This document shows positions 54,536 to 63,897 of a DNA stretch of 64,000 bases, in pieces (the stretch's first letter is position 1; each line of letters begins with the position of its first letter). This stretch comes from an uncultured archaeon. Lineage in GTDB: Archaea; Altiarchaeota; Altiarchaeia; IMC4; SCGC-AAA252-I15. The stretch is taken from positions 20,774-84,773 of the forward strand of contig CAZPLO010000005.1 in assembly GCA_964587725.1 (NCBI GenBank), read 5' to 3'. The translations under genes and the position numbers were made by a program. A model generated the notes under the pieces. That model saw only the letters and a list, made by a program, of their open reading frames with translations, had not been told where the DNA came from and searched no databases.

Positions 54536-54754
54536 ATGGAATTGACGGGAAAAGACGCCGAAAAGCTCAAGGCCGTGCGGGACGCCATAGAGGGGGGCAC
54601 AGCCACCACATACGACAAAAAAGCCTGTCTGGAGGCCCTAAACAGCATACTGGAGCCGAAATGTGCCGTCTGCAGAAAACCCATTGAAGGGAACATGGTC
54701 GTGGTTAACGAGCGGAAGATGCACGAAGGCTGCAGATCCAGGTACAAATGGTGA
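54536..54754 (+). CDS. small zinc-finger protein (LIM-like C-x2-C-x16-H-x2-C)
   Basis: CAVCRKPIEGNMVVVNERKMHEGC. Confidence 0.65.
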   Translation: MELTGKDAEKLKAVRDAIEGGTATTYDKKACLEALNSILEPKCAVCRKPIEGNMVVVNERKMHEGCRSRYKW

Positions 54755-54961
54755 AAAAATATTTTTCGCAACTTCTTGAAAATTCTTAAAAAAAATTTTT
54801 CGTCAAATAGATATTCTAAAATATAACTATTTTAATATAATTTATATAATATATCCTATAATTTATGTCTAATAAAAAATATATATACTAGTATGTGTGA
54901 GTGTTTGGGTGTGGGAGGTCACACAAAAAATGTGAGAGAAAAAGAGGGGTACAGAGGACCC

Positions 54962-55606
54962 TCAGGGGGTGGTCCGCCACTTGTCCAAGTCGACAACCTT
55001 GTCAGCGAACATGTTGATGTCCTTGATGAGTATGGATTCGGAGTCCTGCCGCAGGCACGTGAAAATTGCGTTACACCCCACTACGCGGACCTTCGCCATC
55101 AGGAAATGAACGAACTTGGCGATGGTTGTGTCGGACTCGTACACTAGAAGCGTGGAGAGGGAGTCGAAGAGTATGTAGCTGTAGGAGTCCGCCTCCATGG
55201 CGTTGGATATGGCCACACTCAATTCCGTGAGAGCCCCGGGCGAGGAGACGAACGCGCACTCCGGGCATTCCTCAGGCAGTTGGGCGGTCTTGGTTATGGC
55301 GTCGATGAACTTGATATTAGACAAATCTATTCCCGCCGCCTCGAAATTGGATTTAAGGGAGTTGTAGGGGCGGTTAAGTGAGACATAGCATATTTTTCCG
55401 TCTATGGAGGCGAGGTCCTTGACCACGGAAACCATGCGGCCGAGATAGTTGTCCTCGGGCATAACCAATACGATGATCTGGCCGCCCTCCAGGTCCGCGG
55501 CGGACAGGGTCTGGTCCTGGTCGGGAGCATCCTCGCCCTTATCCGGAACCGGTTTGACTGGGTAGTCGTCGGCTTCTCCGCCACCCGCATGAGGTTCTGG
55601 GGACAT
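54962..55606 (-). CDS. inactive KaiC/RecA-fold ATPase-like protein
   Basis: ICYVSLNRP, FIDAIT, ILFDSLSTLLVY; no Walker A. Confidence 0.75.
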   Translation of the reverse strand: MSPEPHAGGGEADDYPVKPVPDKGEDAPDQDQTLSAADLEGGQIIVLVMPEDNYLGRMVSVVKDLASIDGKICYVSLNRPYNSLKSNFEAAGIDLSNIKFIDAITKTAQLPEECPECAFVSSPGALTELSVAISNAMEADSYSYILFDSLSTLLVYESDTTIAKFVHFLMAKVRVVGCNAIFTCLRQDSESILIKDINMFADKVVDLDKWRTTP

Positions 55607-55656
55607 AGAATAAGATATTGAATAAGTAATAAAAAGCGGGGGAGAAGTGATTCAGT

Positions 55657-56373
55657 TCACTTCTCGGCCAGTGAGAGGGGCACCTGGGTGGGATAGACGG
55701 TTATCCCCTTCTCGGATATCTCCATCGGCCTTATGTCGGGGTTTATCTTCTGCCCCCTCATCTTCACCACGCGGAAGCAGCGCTCGTTCTTCTCCTTGTG
55801 CTTGCTCCAGAACAGGAGGATGAGGCCGTCGGCGAGGAAGTGCTCGTCCAGGTAGGTTATGTCGTCGTTGGACTCGTGCTGTTCAGCGACCATCACCGTG
55901 GTACAGCCAGCATCCTTAACCTGCTTGATGAAGTTCAGCAGGTTAACCCTCCTGGATATGTCGTCTTTGAACAGGTACTTGAACAGGGTTACGGAGTCCA
56001 AGACAATCCTCTTGGCGCCTATGCGCTCTATAGCCTCTCCGAGTGTCTCTCCCGCGCCGTCCTTTTCCTTCTTCTGCTCCTCTTCTCCGTAGATGGGCTG
56101 CGCAACTATCGCCAGCTGATTCGCCTTCTCGTACTTCTCCAGGTCCCAGCCGAACGCGGCGGCATATGCCTTCACATTCTCCGGAGTGTCCTCCACTGTG
56201 AGATATATGCCCGGTTCGTTGTTTTCTTTAATGCCGTTGTAGATGTACTGCATGGCAAAGTTGCTCTTACCTATTCCCGGGGAACCAGATACGATAACCA
56301 CACTGCTCCTCGGAAGTCCGCCGCCGAGCATGTCGTCAGCGCCTGGTATCCCAGTCTTAACCTTGTCTGTCAT
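55657..56373 (-). CDS. KaiC/RAD55 family single-domain ATPase
   Basis: TGIPGADDMLGGGLP, GSPGIGKS, IVLDS, ADGLILL, VVKMRG. Confidence 0.92.
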   Translation of the reverse strand: MTDKVKTGIPGADDMLGGGLPRSSVVIVSGSPGIGKSNFAMQYIYNGIKENNEPGIYLTVEDTPENVKAYAAAFGWDLEKYEKANQLAIVAQPIYGEEEQKKEKDGAGETLGEAIERIGAKRIVLDSVTLFKYLFKDDISRRVNLLNFIKQVKDAGCTTVMVAEQHESNDDITYLDEHFLADGLILLFWSKHKEKNERCFRVVKMRGQKINPDIRPMEISEKGITVYPTQVPLSLAEK

Positions 56374-56393
56374 CTTTCACTCCTCCCATAAGA

Positions 56394-57632
56394 TTACTTT
56401 ATCTGGAGGTAATCCCCCCATATCTTCTTAAACCTGCGCGTCCTTCCGTCCTCGCCCTTCCTGGCGAGGTATACGACCAATGCTATAATCAGAACCACCC
56501 CCGCCAGAATGTACGGGGTGTAGTTTGTCGGCGTGGGCAGGACGTTAAGTATGGTCGCCTTGGCGGGCGTCTTCTTGCCGGAGTACGTCACCACAGCCCT
56601 TATGTTATATCTTCCGGCTGTTGAGGGCGTGAAGTAGCTTGTAAGCTCCACCTCACCCCCCACCGGGATGTCAAGGGACTCGCTGCTGGTGAACGCCTTC
56701 ACCAGCTTCTCGGTCTTGTATTTCTCGTCAACCAGATAGACTTCCACGTTGAGCTTCGCGTCCTCTATGAGTATTTCACCAGTGTTTTCAACGTCTCCGG
56801 TTATCTTGACTGTCTCACCGACCTCAACCCATATCTTGTTCAACGACACCTGATTCAGCTTCCCCTTCAACGCCAGTGTCCCGCGCTCCAGTATGCTGAA
56901 GCTGAGGGTCTGCTCCTCGTCTCCGACTATCAACGCTGCGGAGTACTGGCCGACCTCCAGGTCGTCCGACGGAACCTCGAGGGGTATGTTCGACTCCACG
57001 GTGGGAAGTATCTCCACGTTGGATTGGCTGAACGTCTTCTTCAGGTTTCCTGCGCTGTCGTATATCTCGATTCTTATGACAGGCTTGACCTTGACGTTTC
57101 CGTTGTTTTCTATGACCGCCGTGAACTTTATGGGGTATCCGGTTTCCGTATCCGACACCGACGCCCGCTTAAGGCGGTACGAGATTATCTCCTCCCCGGT
57201 TATCTCCGCCTTCACAGCCAGGCGCACGCCTGCGCCGACGACCATGCCGGTGCCCCCCTCAGCACTCGACGTAGGCCCGGCCTTAATGTAGATGGCACCC
57301 TCATACACACCATTACCAGCATCCAACGGAGGCTGAACCACCGCCTTCAAACGAACCCTGCTGTTAGCAGGCAACTCAAAACTATCCCCCACATCAACAC
57401 TCAACCAATCCTTCAAACCACCCAAAAACTCCACAGTACACGTCAAATCCTCGTCACCACTCGTACTGACCGTAACCTCCTCCTCAGCATAACCACCACG
57501 AACCAGCTTCCCAAAATCAATGGTGCTGGGACCAGCACCAATACTAACCGCAGACGCCGACCCCACTATCATCAAACACAAGAGTATGCTTAAAACCGTG
57601 GTTGCTATCGTTTTTTTCATTTTATCCTCCAT
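56394..57632 (-). CDS. secreted Ig-fold protein with C-terminal TM (DUF916/chaperone-like), paralogue 1
   Basis: Signal peptide, SIGAGPSTIDF...YEGAI, NNGNV/NTGE motifs, C-terminal TM with basic tail. Confidence 0.7.
   Translation of the reverse strand: MEDKMKKTIATTVLSILLCLMIVGSASAVSIGAGPSTIDFGKLVRGGYAEEEVTVSTSGDEDLTCTVEFLGGLKDWLSVDVGDSFELPANSRVRLKAVVQPPLDAGNGVYEGAIYIKAGPTSSAEGGTGMVVGAGVRLAVKAEITGEEIISYRLKRASVSDTETGYPIKFTAVIENNGNVKVKPVIRIEIYDSAGNLKKTFSQSNVEILPTVESNIPLEVPSDDLEVGQYSAALIVGDEEQTLSFSILERGTLALKGKLNQVSLNKIWVEVGETVKITGDVENTGEILIEDAKLNVEVYLVDEKYKTEKLVKAFTSSESLDIPVGGEVELTSYFTPSTAGRYNIRAVVTYSGKKTPAKATILNVLPTPTNYTPYILAGVVLIIALVVYLARKGEDGRTRRFKKIWGDYLQIK
57228..57560. repeat. 333-bp perfect direct repeat, copy 1
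   Basis: Identical to 59565-59897; offset 2337 bp. Confidence 0.95.
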
Positions 57633-58627
57633 TATCCTGCCTGTTGGGCGCTTACCGTTATGGTCATCGAACATGAGCCGCCGACGGCCTCATCCGGTAT
57701 CGTTATACCCCAGTGGGTGTAGTCCATGGGGTATGAGCCGCACGCGTCCGAGCAGTCGTCCAAATTGAGTTCCTCGCCGGCGCAGCCCCATTCGCTGCTG
57801 TCGGACAGTGCACCGCATGCGGTGTCCATGTCCTCGTCATATGTGACGTCGTATTTGACGTTTCCGACTGGTATGGAGCCCACCGTGCAGCTGAGGGATG
57901 AGTCGCCCTCCACATATATGTCTAACACGGTGTTGCCGGTGTTGTTGGTGGTGGCGTTGATGTCGCATGCGCCGGAGCCCGTAGCACCTAGCCTGCCGGA
58001 GCCGTTGGTTCCCAGGTTCATGGACCCGAAGTTGATGTTGCCAGACTGCCATATGGAAGTCACATTGGCTATGGCTATGGTGTCTGAGCCCGTGTTGGCG
58101 TTTTCTCCGTCTGACAGGTTGATGTGAATGTTCCATGTGCCGCCGTCGGCGTAGTATTTGATGTTGCGGATGTGGCATTCATAGTCTATGTCGGTGCCGC
58201 TTGCCGTGCCTGAGATGTTCCTGCATGAGCTGTTGGTGTAGTGGTTGTCGTTGTCGTTGGCGGAATTCCAGGCTATGCCTCCGCCGGACCGGTACCATGT
58301 GGTGTTAACCCAGCCGTCGCCCATGTCCTGATAGCCGTTGGTGTCGGTGACGGTGAAGTTGCACCGGGCCTCGTAGTCTGTGGCTTCGGCCATGGTGTAG
58401 GAGCCCCCGCAGTCCGCCCATTCATCTGAGCTGCCCGCCTCTCGGAAACAGCAGGTTATGGATCCCACAGACGGGACAGCACCCGTTATCGTTACTTCGG
58501 TCGAAATGGACTCCGTGTCCGCGTTAACCTCCGGTAGTATGATGTCGCTGACGGACATCACTAAAAGACATAAACCCCATAAAATCAAGAGCACATGCAA
58601 TCCCCTGTGTTTTTCCTCGTTAACCAT
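57632..58627 (-). CDS. secreted Cys-rich pilin/WxL-like subunit
   Basis: Signal peptide; C-terminal domain INFGS...NTGNT.LD...IPVGNVKYD...HWGITIP...GGSCSMTITVSA; no TM anchor. Confidence 0.6.
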   Translation of the reverse strand: MVNEEKHRGLHVLLILWGLCLLVMSVSDIILPEVNADTESISTEVTITGAVPSVGSITCCFREAGSSDEWADCGGSYTMAEATDYEARCNFTVTDTNGYQDMGDGWVNTTWYRSGGGIAWNSANDNDNHYTNSSCRNISGTASGTDIDYECHIRNIKYYADGGTWNIHINLSDGENANTGSDTIAIANVTSIWQSGNINFGSMNLGTNGSGRLGATGSGACDINATTNNTGNTVLDIYVEGDSSLSCTVGSIPVGNVKYDVTYDEDMDTACGALSDSSEWGCAGEELNLDDCSDACGSYPMDYTHWGITIPDEAVGGSCSMTITVSAQQAG

Positions 58628-58754
58628 GGTCGACACCGTATTTTGAATTTCCTCTGTTTAAACGCACACATTTGCCTAGAATCGAATGGGTAATCCAGAC
58701 CACCGTATACTGGTTAGTAATTACTATATAGTATTTAAATATACAGAAAAGACT

Positions 58755-59945
58755 TCATTCGTAGGACGGTTCCCTGACGTACTCGTATTCTGAGCCGCCG
58801 CCGCGGAAAAACTTAAGATATGCTATGACCGCGAGCAGCAGCAACGCCGCCACAGCAATGTAGAGGAGGTTGTCTCCGCCCCCGCCCACGGCAAGTATAA
58901 CCCCTTTGGTGTCGGTTTTAACGCCGTTGTAGAGGACGTAGCCCCTGAGCAGGTAGTTGCCTGCTTCGGAGGGAGTGTAGTAGAACTCCATGTTTACGGT
59001 TTCCCCAGGCGTCACCGTCAACTCGTCGCTTTCCACCACACCCTGCAGCCTGCCCTCCAAGGAGGCTTCTCCCTTGAATTTAGCGTTGACCTTCACCTGC
59101 CCGGTGTTTTTGAACACCGCCAGAGCCTTAACCGCCTCCCCGGGGGAGGCGGATTCGACGTTGAGTATTATCTCCTTCAGCTCTCCGCTGACGCTCCACG
59201 AGCCTTCCTCCAGCATGTTGAACGGAAGGGTCTGGTTGTACATCAGCTCACCACCTTCGTGCACTTTAACGTCGGCGGAGTAGGCGCCGACCTTCAGCCC
59301 AGTCGACGGTATGGTGAATTCGAAGTCCTCCATCCTGGTGGGGAGAACCTCCAGTTCATCGTGTGTTTTTGACGCTACTTCGGAGCCGGAGGCGTCCGCC
59401 ACCGTAACATCGAATACGGGTTTGACTCGGACGTTCCCGGAGTTGACGACAGACCCTGAAAAGGGGATAGGATATCCGACTTCGGTGTCGGACACCCTGA
59501 GGTTCCTGACTATTATGGAGACGGATTCTTCGCCGGTTATTTCGGCTTTCACGGAAATCCTGGTGCCTGCGCCGACGACCATGCCGGTGCCCCCCTCAGC
59601 ACTCGACGTAGGCCCGGCCTTAATGTAGATGGCACCCTCATACACACCATTACCAGCATCCAACGGAGGCTGAACCACCGCCTTCAAACGAACCCTGCTG
59701 TTAGCAGGCAACTCAAAACTATCCCCCACATCAACACTCAACCAATCCTTCAAACCACCCAAAAACTCCACAGTACACGTCAAATCCTCGTCACCACTCG
59801 TACTGACCGTAACCTCCTCCTCAGCATAACCACCACGAACCAGCTTCCCAAAATCAATGGTGCTGGGACCAGCACCAATACTAACCGCAGACGCCGAGGC
59901 TGCGAGCAGGAGGAACGCCAACGCAACGTGGAAGGGTTTTTTCAT
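58755..59945 (-). CDS. secreted Ig-fold protein with C-terminal TM, paralogue 2
   Basis: First domain identical to paralogue 1; NSGNV, KNTGQV; C-terminal TM. Confidence 0.7.
   Translation of the reverse strand: MKKPFHVALAFLLLAASASAVSIGAGPSTIDFGKLVRGGYAEEEVTVSTSGDEDLTCTVEFLGGLKDWLSVDVGDSFELPANSRVRLKAVVQPPLDAGNGVYEGAIYIKAGPTSSAEGGTGMVVGAGTRISVKAEITGEESVSIIVRNLRVSDTEVGYPIPFSGSVVNSGNVRVKPVFDVTVADASGSEVASKTHDELEVLPTRMEDFEFTIPSTGLKVGAYSADVKVHEGGELMYNQTLPFNMLEEGSWSVSGELKEIILNVESASPGEAVKALAVFKNTGQVKVNAKFKGEASLEGRLQGVVESDELTVTPGETVNMEFYYTPSEAGNYLLRGYVLYNGVKTDTKGVILAVGGGGDNLLYIAVAALLLLAVIAYLKFFRGGGSEYEYVREPSYE
59565..59897. repeat. 333-bp perfect direct repeat, copy 2
   Basis: Identical to 57228-57560. 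Confidence 0.95.
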
Positions 59946-59982
59946 ACAGGTTATATATTCCACGCGCCGCCATAAAAAACCG

Positions 59983-61170
59983 TTAATCGCCTGGTACATA
60001 GTATTTGCGGTAGTATAGAGCTATCCACGCGACTATGGTGAGGAGCACCGGCACCGCGATTACGTAGAAGTTCAGGTCCAGGTTGAACAGGGGGCGGCTG
60101 TATGTCCATACGATAACGTCCGCCTCGCGGACGGCTGTGCGCAGGCCGGAGTATTCAACCCATATGCGGACGCTGTACCGGCCGGACTCCGACGGCTTGT
60201 ATGTGATGGACATGGTTTTTTCCTCGCCGACTCCCACGTACTGGCTGCTGCCCTCCAAGGACGAGACCAGAGCCCCGTCTTTGACGAAGTCGACCCGGAG
60301 CCTGGAGTCCAATGGCAGGTCGCCGGTGTTCCTGAAGTACGCTGCCACCGTTACCGGCTCCCCCAGGGACACGTTGTTTTTTGACATGACCGCGTCCTCG
60401 AGTATGCCCTGGACGTTGAAGGTTTCCTCCTCCGACGGGGTTATATAGAATACTTCGGTGCTGTCCCAGACTTCATTGCCTTCGGATTCCACGTGGAATT
60501 GCATGAGGTAGACGTCCGGCTCCATCCTGGTGGACGGCACCTCCACGGTTATTGTCTCCCTGGTCTGGGGGGCTACGGGCTCCGGCGTGGAGGAGACGAC
60601 TGAGTAGACTCTTTCCCGGTCCTGGCTTACCACCCGCAATGTTATCGCCGGCGTTATGGGGGTGTCGGCGTTGTTTTTGACCACTATGTCCGACAGGATG
60701 GTCTGGCCTTTCACTGCGTTGTGGGGTGTCACCCGCAGCACCCTGAACCACGCACCCTCGTCGCCGGTGACCTCCACCAGAACCTTCACGTACACTGCCG
60801 CTCCAACATTCACCCCCGTGGTGCCGACATCCCCTGTAGAGGGGACGGATGTGAGCTCTATGGTGCCGGTGTATAATCCGTTGGGGAGCGCCGGCGGCAC
60901 GGTAAGGCGGACTGGGAAGCGGACCTGACGCCCCTCCTCCAAGGTGAAGGAGTCGTTTTCGAAGCGCATCCACTCCGCAGCCTCCCCGGAGACGGAGACC
61001 CTGCAGAGTAGTGGGCCTTCGTCGACGGTGCTGGCCGTCAGGTATTTGACGTAGTATCCGCCGCGTGTTGTGCCCCGGTATTCGAGGGTGGCGGGGCCCA
61101 CACCTAGGACTATCGCCTCGGCGGTGGATGCTAGCAGCAGGAACGCCGCTAAAGACATTATCATGTTCAT
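59983..61170 (-). CDS. secreted Ig-fold protein with C-terminal TM, paralogue 3
   Basis: LGVGPATLEY...GGY...VPP..PNG.YTGTI, RNTGD; C-terminal TM; ATGA overlap with the upstream gene. Confidence 0.7.
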   Translation of the reverse strand: MNMIMSLAAFLLLASTAEAIVLGVGPATLEYRGTTRGGYYVKYLTASTVDEGPLLCRVSVSGEAAEWMRFENDSFTLEEGRQVRFPVRLTVPPALPNGLYTGTIELTSVPSTGDVGTTGVNVGAAVYVKVLVEVTGDEGAWFRVLRVTPHNAVKGQTILSDIVVKNNADTPITPAITLRVVSQDRERVYSVVSSTPEPVAPQTRETITVEVPSTRMEPDVYLMQFHVESEGNEVWDSTEVFYITPSEEETFNVQGILEDAVMSKNNVSLGEPVTVAAYFRNTGDLPLDSRLRVDFVKDGALVSSLEGSSQYVGVGEEKTMSITYKPSESGRYSVRIWVEYSGLRTAVREADVIVWTYSRPLFNLDLNFYVIAVPVLLTIVAWIALYYRKYYVPGD

Positions 61171-63512
61171 GACTCCTGCCCCCCTATGGTCAGTGTCCCA
61201 GTGCATGTGCCGCCGACGCCGGACGACGGTATGGATATGCTCCAGTATATGCTCTTTTCGGACGGGGTGGTGCCGTCGGTCTTCGGGAGGTTGAAGTCGT
61301 CTTTGAGTTCGGAGCATGTGTCCTGGCTGTTAGCGGTGACTGAACCGCACATGCTCGCGTATGCGGTGTTGGCGTTGGTGTCGTATTTGACGTTGCCGAC
61401 AGGTATGGCGCCGCCGATGCTGCATGCTAGGTCGCTGCCGGACACCAGCAGGTCCTGCCGCACGTTGCCGACGTTCCGGACTGTGAAGTCCACTTCCTGG
61501 GTTTCGGCGGGGGTGAAGCCGAGGTCGAGGCTGGTTCCGCCGGCTATGGTGCTGAAGTCTATGGTCGACGACACGTTGACCGCCGCCAGCGACTCCACGG
61601 TTATGTCGTAGGTGACGTTGTGGGCCCAGTCGTAGCCGTCGGATACGGAGATGTTGGCAATCCATGCCGTCGAGTGGTTGGCGTAGTATTCCAGGTGCAG
61701 TCCGCAGCGTACGGTGCCGTCGTCGCCGCTGCACTCTATGCTGCAGCTGTCGTTTTTGTAAAGGTTGTGTTCGTTTTCCTCGGATTCGTGGGTTGTGGAG
61801 TCGTTGTCCCAGAAGATCAGTTGCATCGTCTCTATTTCATCGCAGCCGTCTGCGTCAGACACGCTGGCGTTGAATGAAACGTGTTTGAGGCCGCCCGCCA
61901 CCAACACTATGGTGTTGCCGCCGGGGCCGTCGCCTTCCACCGCGCCGACGCGGGGTTCCGCGTTGGTGGTGGTGGAGGTGGTCGTGGTGGTTGTTTCGCC
62001 CTGTACGACATATAATGTGACGTTGTTGCTGGTGGTGGTGCCGCCGCGGCCGTCGGATGCGGTGAACACCACATACTGTGTGCCGTGCCAGTTGTTCAGC
62101 GGCTTGATGTCTACGGTGTGGTCGTTGTCGTCTATGGTGATGAGGATGTTGGGGTGGTCGCTGGAGGTCTGGAACGACAGCGTGTCCCGGTCGAGGTCGT
62201 AGAAGTAGTCGTCGAGGTCGAACACGTCCGTCTGGGTTTCGTTGTTGTACATGCTCTGATGCGGTAATGTGTAGTTGACCTCCAGCTTCGGCGTCAATGA
62301 GCTGTCGGTGGCGTTGCTGCCGTAGTACTGGCGGAGGCTGTCTTCATCCTCTTCCCCGACGACGATGACGCCTTTGTTGTCGTCCGAGGACCCGACCCAC
62401 AGGTTTATCATGTCTATGACGTTCCACTCCACCCAGCCGGCCAGCTCCGCAGCCCAGTAGCTTGTGATGGCTGGTTCAGCCCGGAACACGGCGACGCCGT
62501 CTTCATAACTTAATACGGTGCAGTCGGTGCATGATGAACCGTCCTTCTGTATCTGCACCGCCGTGAACGACAGGTTCTCCAACGTTATCTTCGCGGTCTT
62601 GTTGATGGCCGTCATGGAGGTGGTGTTGAGTAACACGTAGTTGAAGGACAGGTTCACGTCCCGGTCCAGATTAAGGTTTTCCGTGTCCGTGAAGTCTATG
62701 GTGCGCTCGAATAACACGGTGGCGTTCGCAGCCGACAGGTTCAACGTGAGGGCGGCCCACGCGACCTCGCTCTTCACGTAGCTGTAGTTGAATATCGCCT
62801 CGGTGTCCGTAATATTAGGCGGCTTGTTCACCACCATCAAATCCAGCCGGTGCGGGCTCTCCTCGTAGACGTGCGGGTACACCCCCGGCCGCACATTATA
62901 GGTGAGGGTGTAGCCGCCGCCCTCCTGAATGCTGTTACGGCGGACACCCGCATCCACACGATAGCCGAGGCCGACGCCGTCTTCGATGAGACGGGGTGTG
63001 GGTCCGCTACTAGTATAAGTTACCTCTGCATACATAGCATGAACATCAACGCCCCCTGTATTGCTTTTTCTTATTCTTACTTTCAAAGCATCTAAATCTT
63101 CCTGATTCCAGCTTCCATTAAAAGTAATAGAGTTCCAGCCCCCCATCTCTACCTCTTGCAATCCCTGCCACGAGCCCCCAATATACAAATCTACACTAAG
63201 AGTAATTTCAGTTCCCCCTAATTTAATACTACGTACCCAAATTTCCACAGATGAAACCTCAACAACTCCCTCAATAGAAGTCATTGTAAAATCATCATCC
63301 ACAGTTACATCTACCCCTAACTCTTCTATAAGGTCTGTCCCATTTGGAGTATCTGGCTGTCTTACTCCATCATCTATTTCAGTATAATGGTTTGCCCCTG
63401 TTGAAGTTTCCCATGCAACTGCATCATCTCCATCTGGGTCTAAATAGCCTGTGTCTGCGGAGACGGCCGATTGGAGGAGGATGAGGAGCAGTAAGGATGC
63501 GGCCGCCTTCAT
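61167..63512 (-). CDS. large mosaic secreted adhesin-like protein with C-terminal pilin/WxL-like domain
   Basis: Signal peptide, low-GC N-terminal domain, half DNRLRE-like domain, cadherin-like domain (DLDDYFYDLD.D.LSF...NWHG...FTASDG), Thr linker, C-terminus homologous to 57632-58627. Confidence 0.7.
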   Translation of the reverse strand: MKAAASLLLLILLQSAVSADTGYLDPDGDDAVAWETSTGANHYTEIDDGVRQPDTPNGTDLIEELGVDVTVDDDFTMTSIEGVVEVSSVEIWVRSIKLGGTEITLSVDLYIGGSWQGLQEVEMGGWNSITFNGSWNQEDLDALKVRIRKSNTGGVDVHAMYAEVTYTSSGPTPRLIEDGVGLGYRVDAGVRRNSIQEGGGYTLTYNVRPGVYPHVYEESPHRLDLMVVNKPPNITDTEAIFNYSYVKSEVAWAALTLNLSAANATVLFERTIDFTDTENLNLDRDVNLSFNYVLLNTTSMTAINKTAKITLENLSFTAVQIQKDGSSCTDCTVLSYEDGVAVFRAEPAITSYWAAELAGWVEWNVIDMINLWVGSSDDNKGVIVVGEEDEDSLRQYYGSNATDSSLTPKLEVNYTLPHQSMYNNETQTDVFDLDDYFYDLDRDTLSFQTSSDHPNILITIDDNDHTVDIKPLNNWHGTQYVVFTASDGRGGTTTSNNVTLYVVQGETTTTTTSTTTNAEPRVGAVEGDGPGGNTIVLVAGGLKHVSFNASVSDADGCDEIETMQLIFWDNDSTTHESEENEHNLYKNDSCSIECSGDDGTVRCGLHLEYYANHSTAWIANISVSDGYDWAHNVTYDITVESLAAVNVSSTIDFSTIAGGTSLDLGFTPAETQEVDFTVRNVGNVRQDLLVSGSDLACSIGGAIPVGNVKYDTNANTAYASMCGSVTANSQDTCSELKDDFNLPKTDGTTPSEKSIYWSISIPSSGVGGTCTGTLTIGGQES

Positions 63513-63541
63513 CCCCCATCCATGAAACCCTGATTTCATCT

Positions 63542-63877
63542 TCATGTTATCTTGTATTCTGCGTCTTTTACGAGCACTTCCTGGGTGCAGGTTACCTGCG
63601 CGCATTCTCTCATCGACGTGATGTTTATGCGGTCTTTGGGGACGACGTAGTTGCCCTGGGGGGTGCGGATGATGCAGGTTTCGATGTCATCCTGGATGAA
63701 GCAGTTCTTTTCAGTCCACTCTTGTTCGGTGAGGTAGCGGCTGCACACGGCGTTAGAGCACGCCCAGTAGCTGCCGTCGAATGTGTCCGTGGGCGGATTA
63801 TGCAGTGTCGCAACTATGTACGCCACAATCAACGCCGCGGCCGCCGACGCAGCCACCGTCTTCCAATCCACCGTCAT
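63542..63877 (-). CDS. small membrane-anchored Cys-rich protein
   Basis: MTVDWKTVAASAAAALIV; WACSNAVC...NCF...TC...ECAQVTC. Confidence 0.6.
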   Translation of the reverse strand: MTVDWKTVAASAAAALIVAYIVATLHNPPTDTFDGSYWACSNAVCSRYLTEQEWTEKNCFIQDDIETCIIRTPQGNYVVPKDRINITSMRECAQVTCTQEVLVKDAEYKIT

Positions 63878-63897
63878 CTTATAGTATACTATATTGT

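Larger units (their letters stand above)
53701..54909. other. extremely AT-rich island with imperfect inverted end motifs and repeated AAAATTTT palindromes
   Basis: CCCAACTCTCACACA (53701) vs reverse complement of 54894-54909; TGCGAAAAAATTTTTT (53735) vs reverse complement of 54749-54770. Confidence 0.5.

Noticed and set aside
57228-59897. DGR template/variable repeat pair
   Set aside because: The copies are identical with no adenine-specific mismatches, and no reverse transcriptase is in the window
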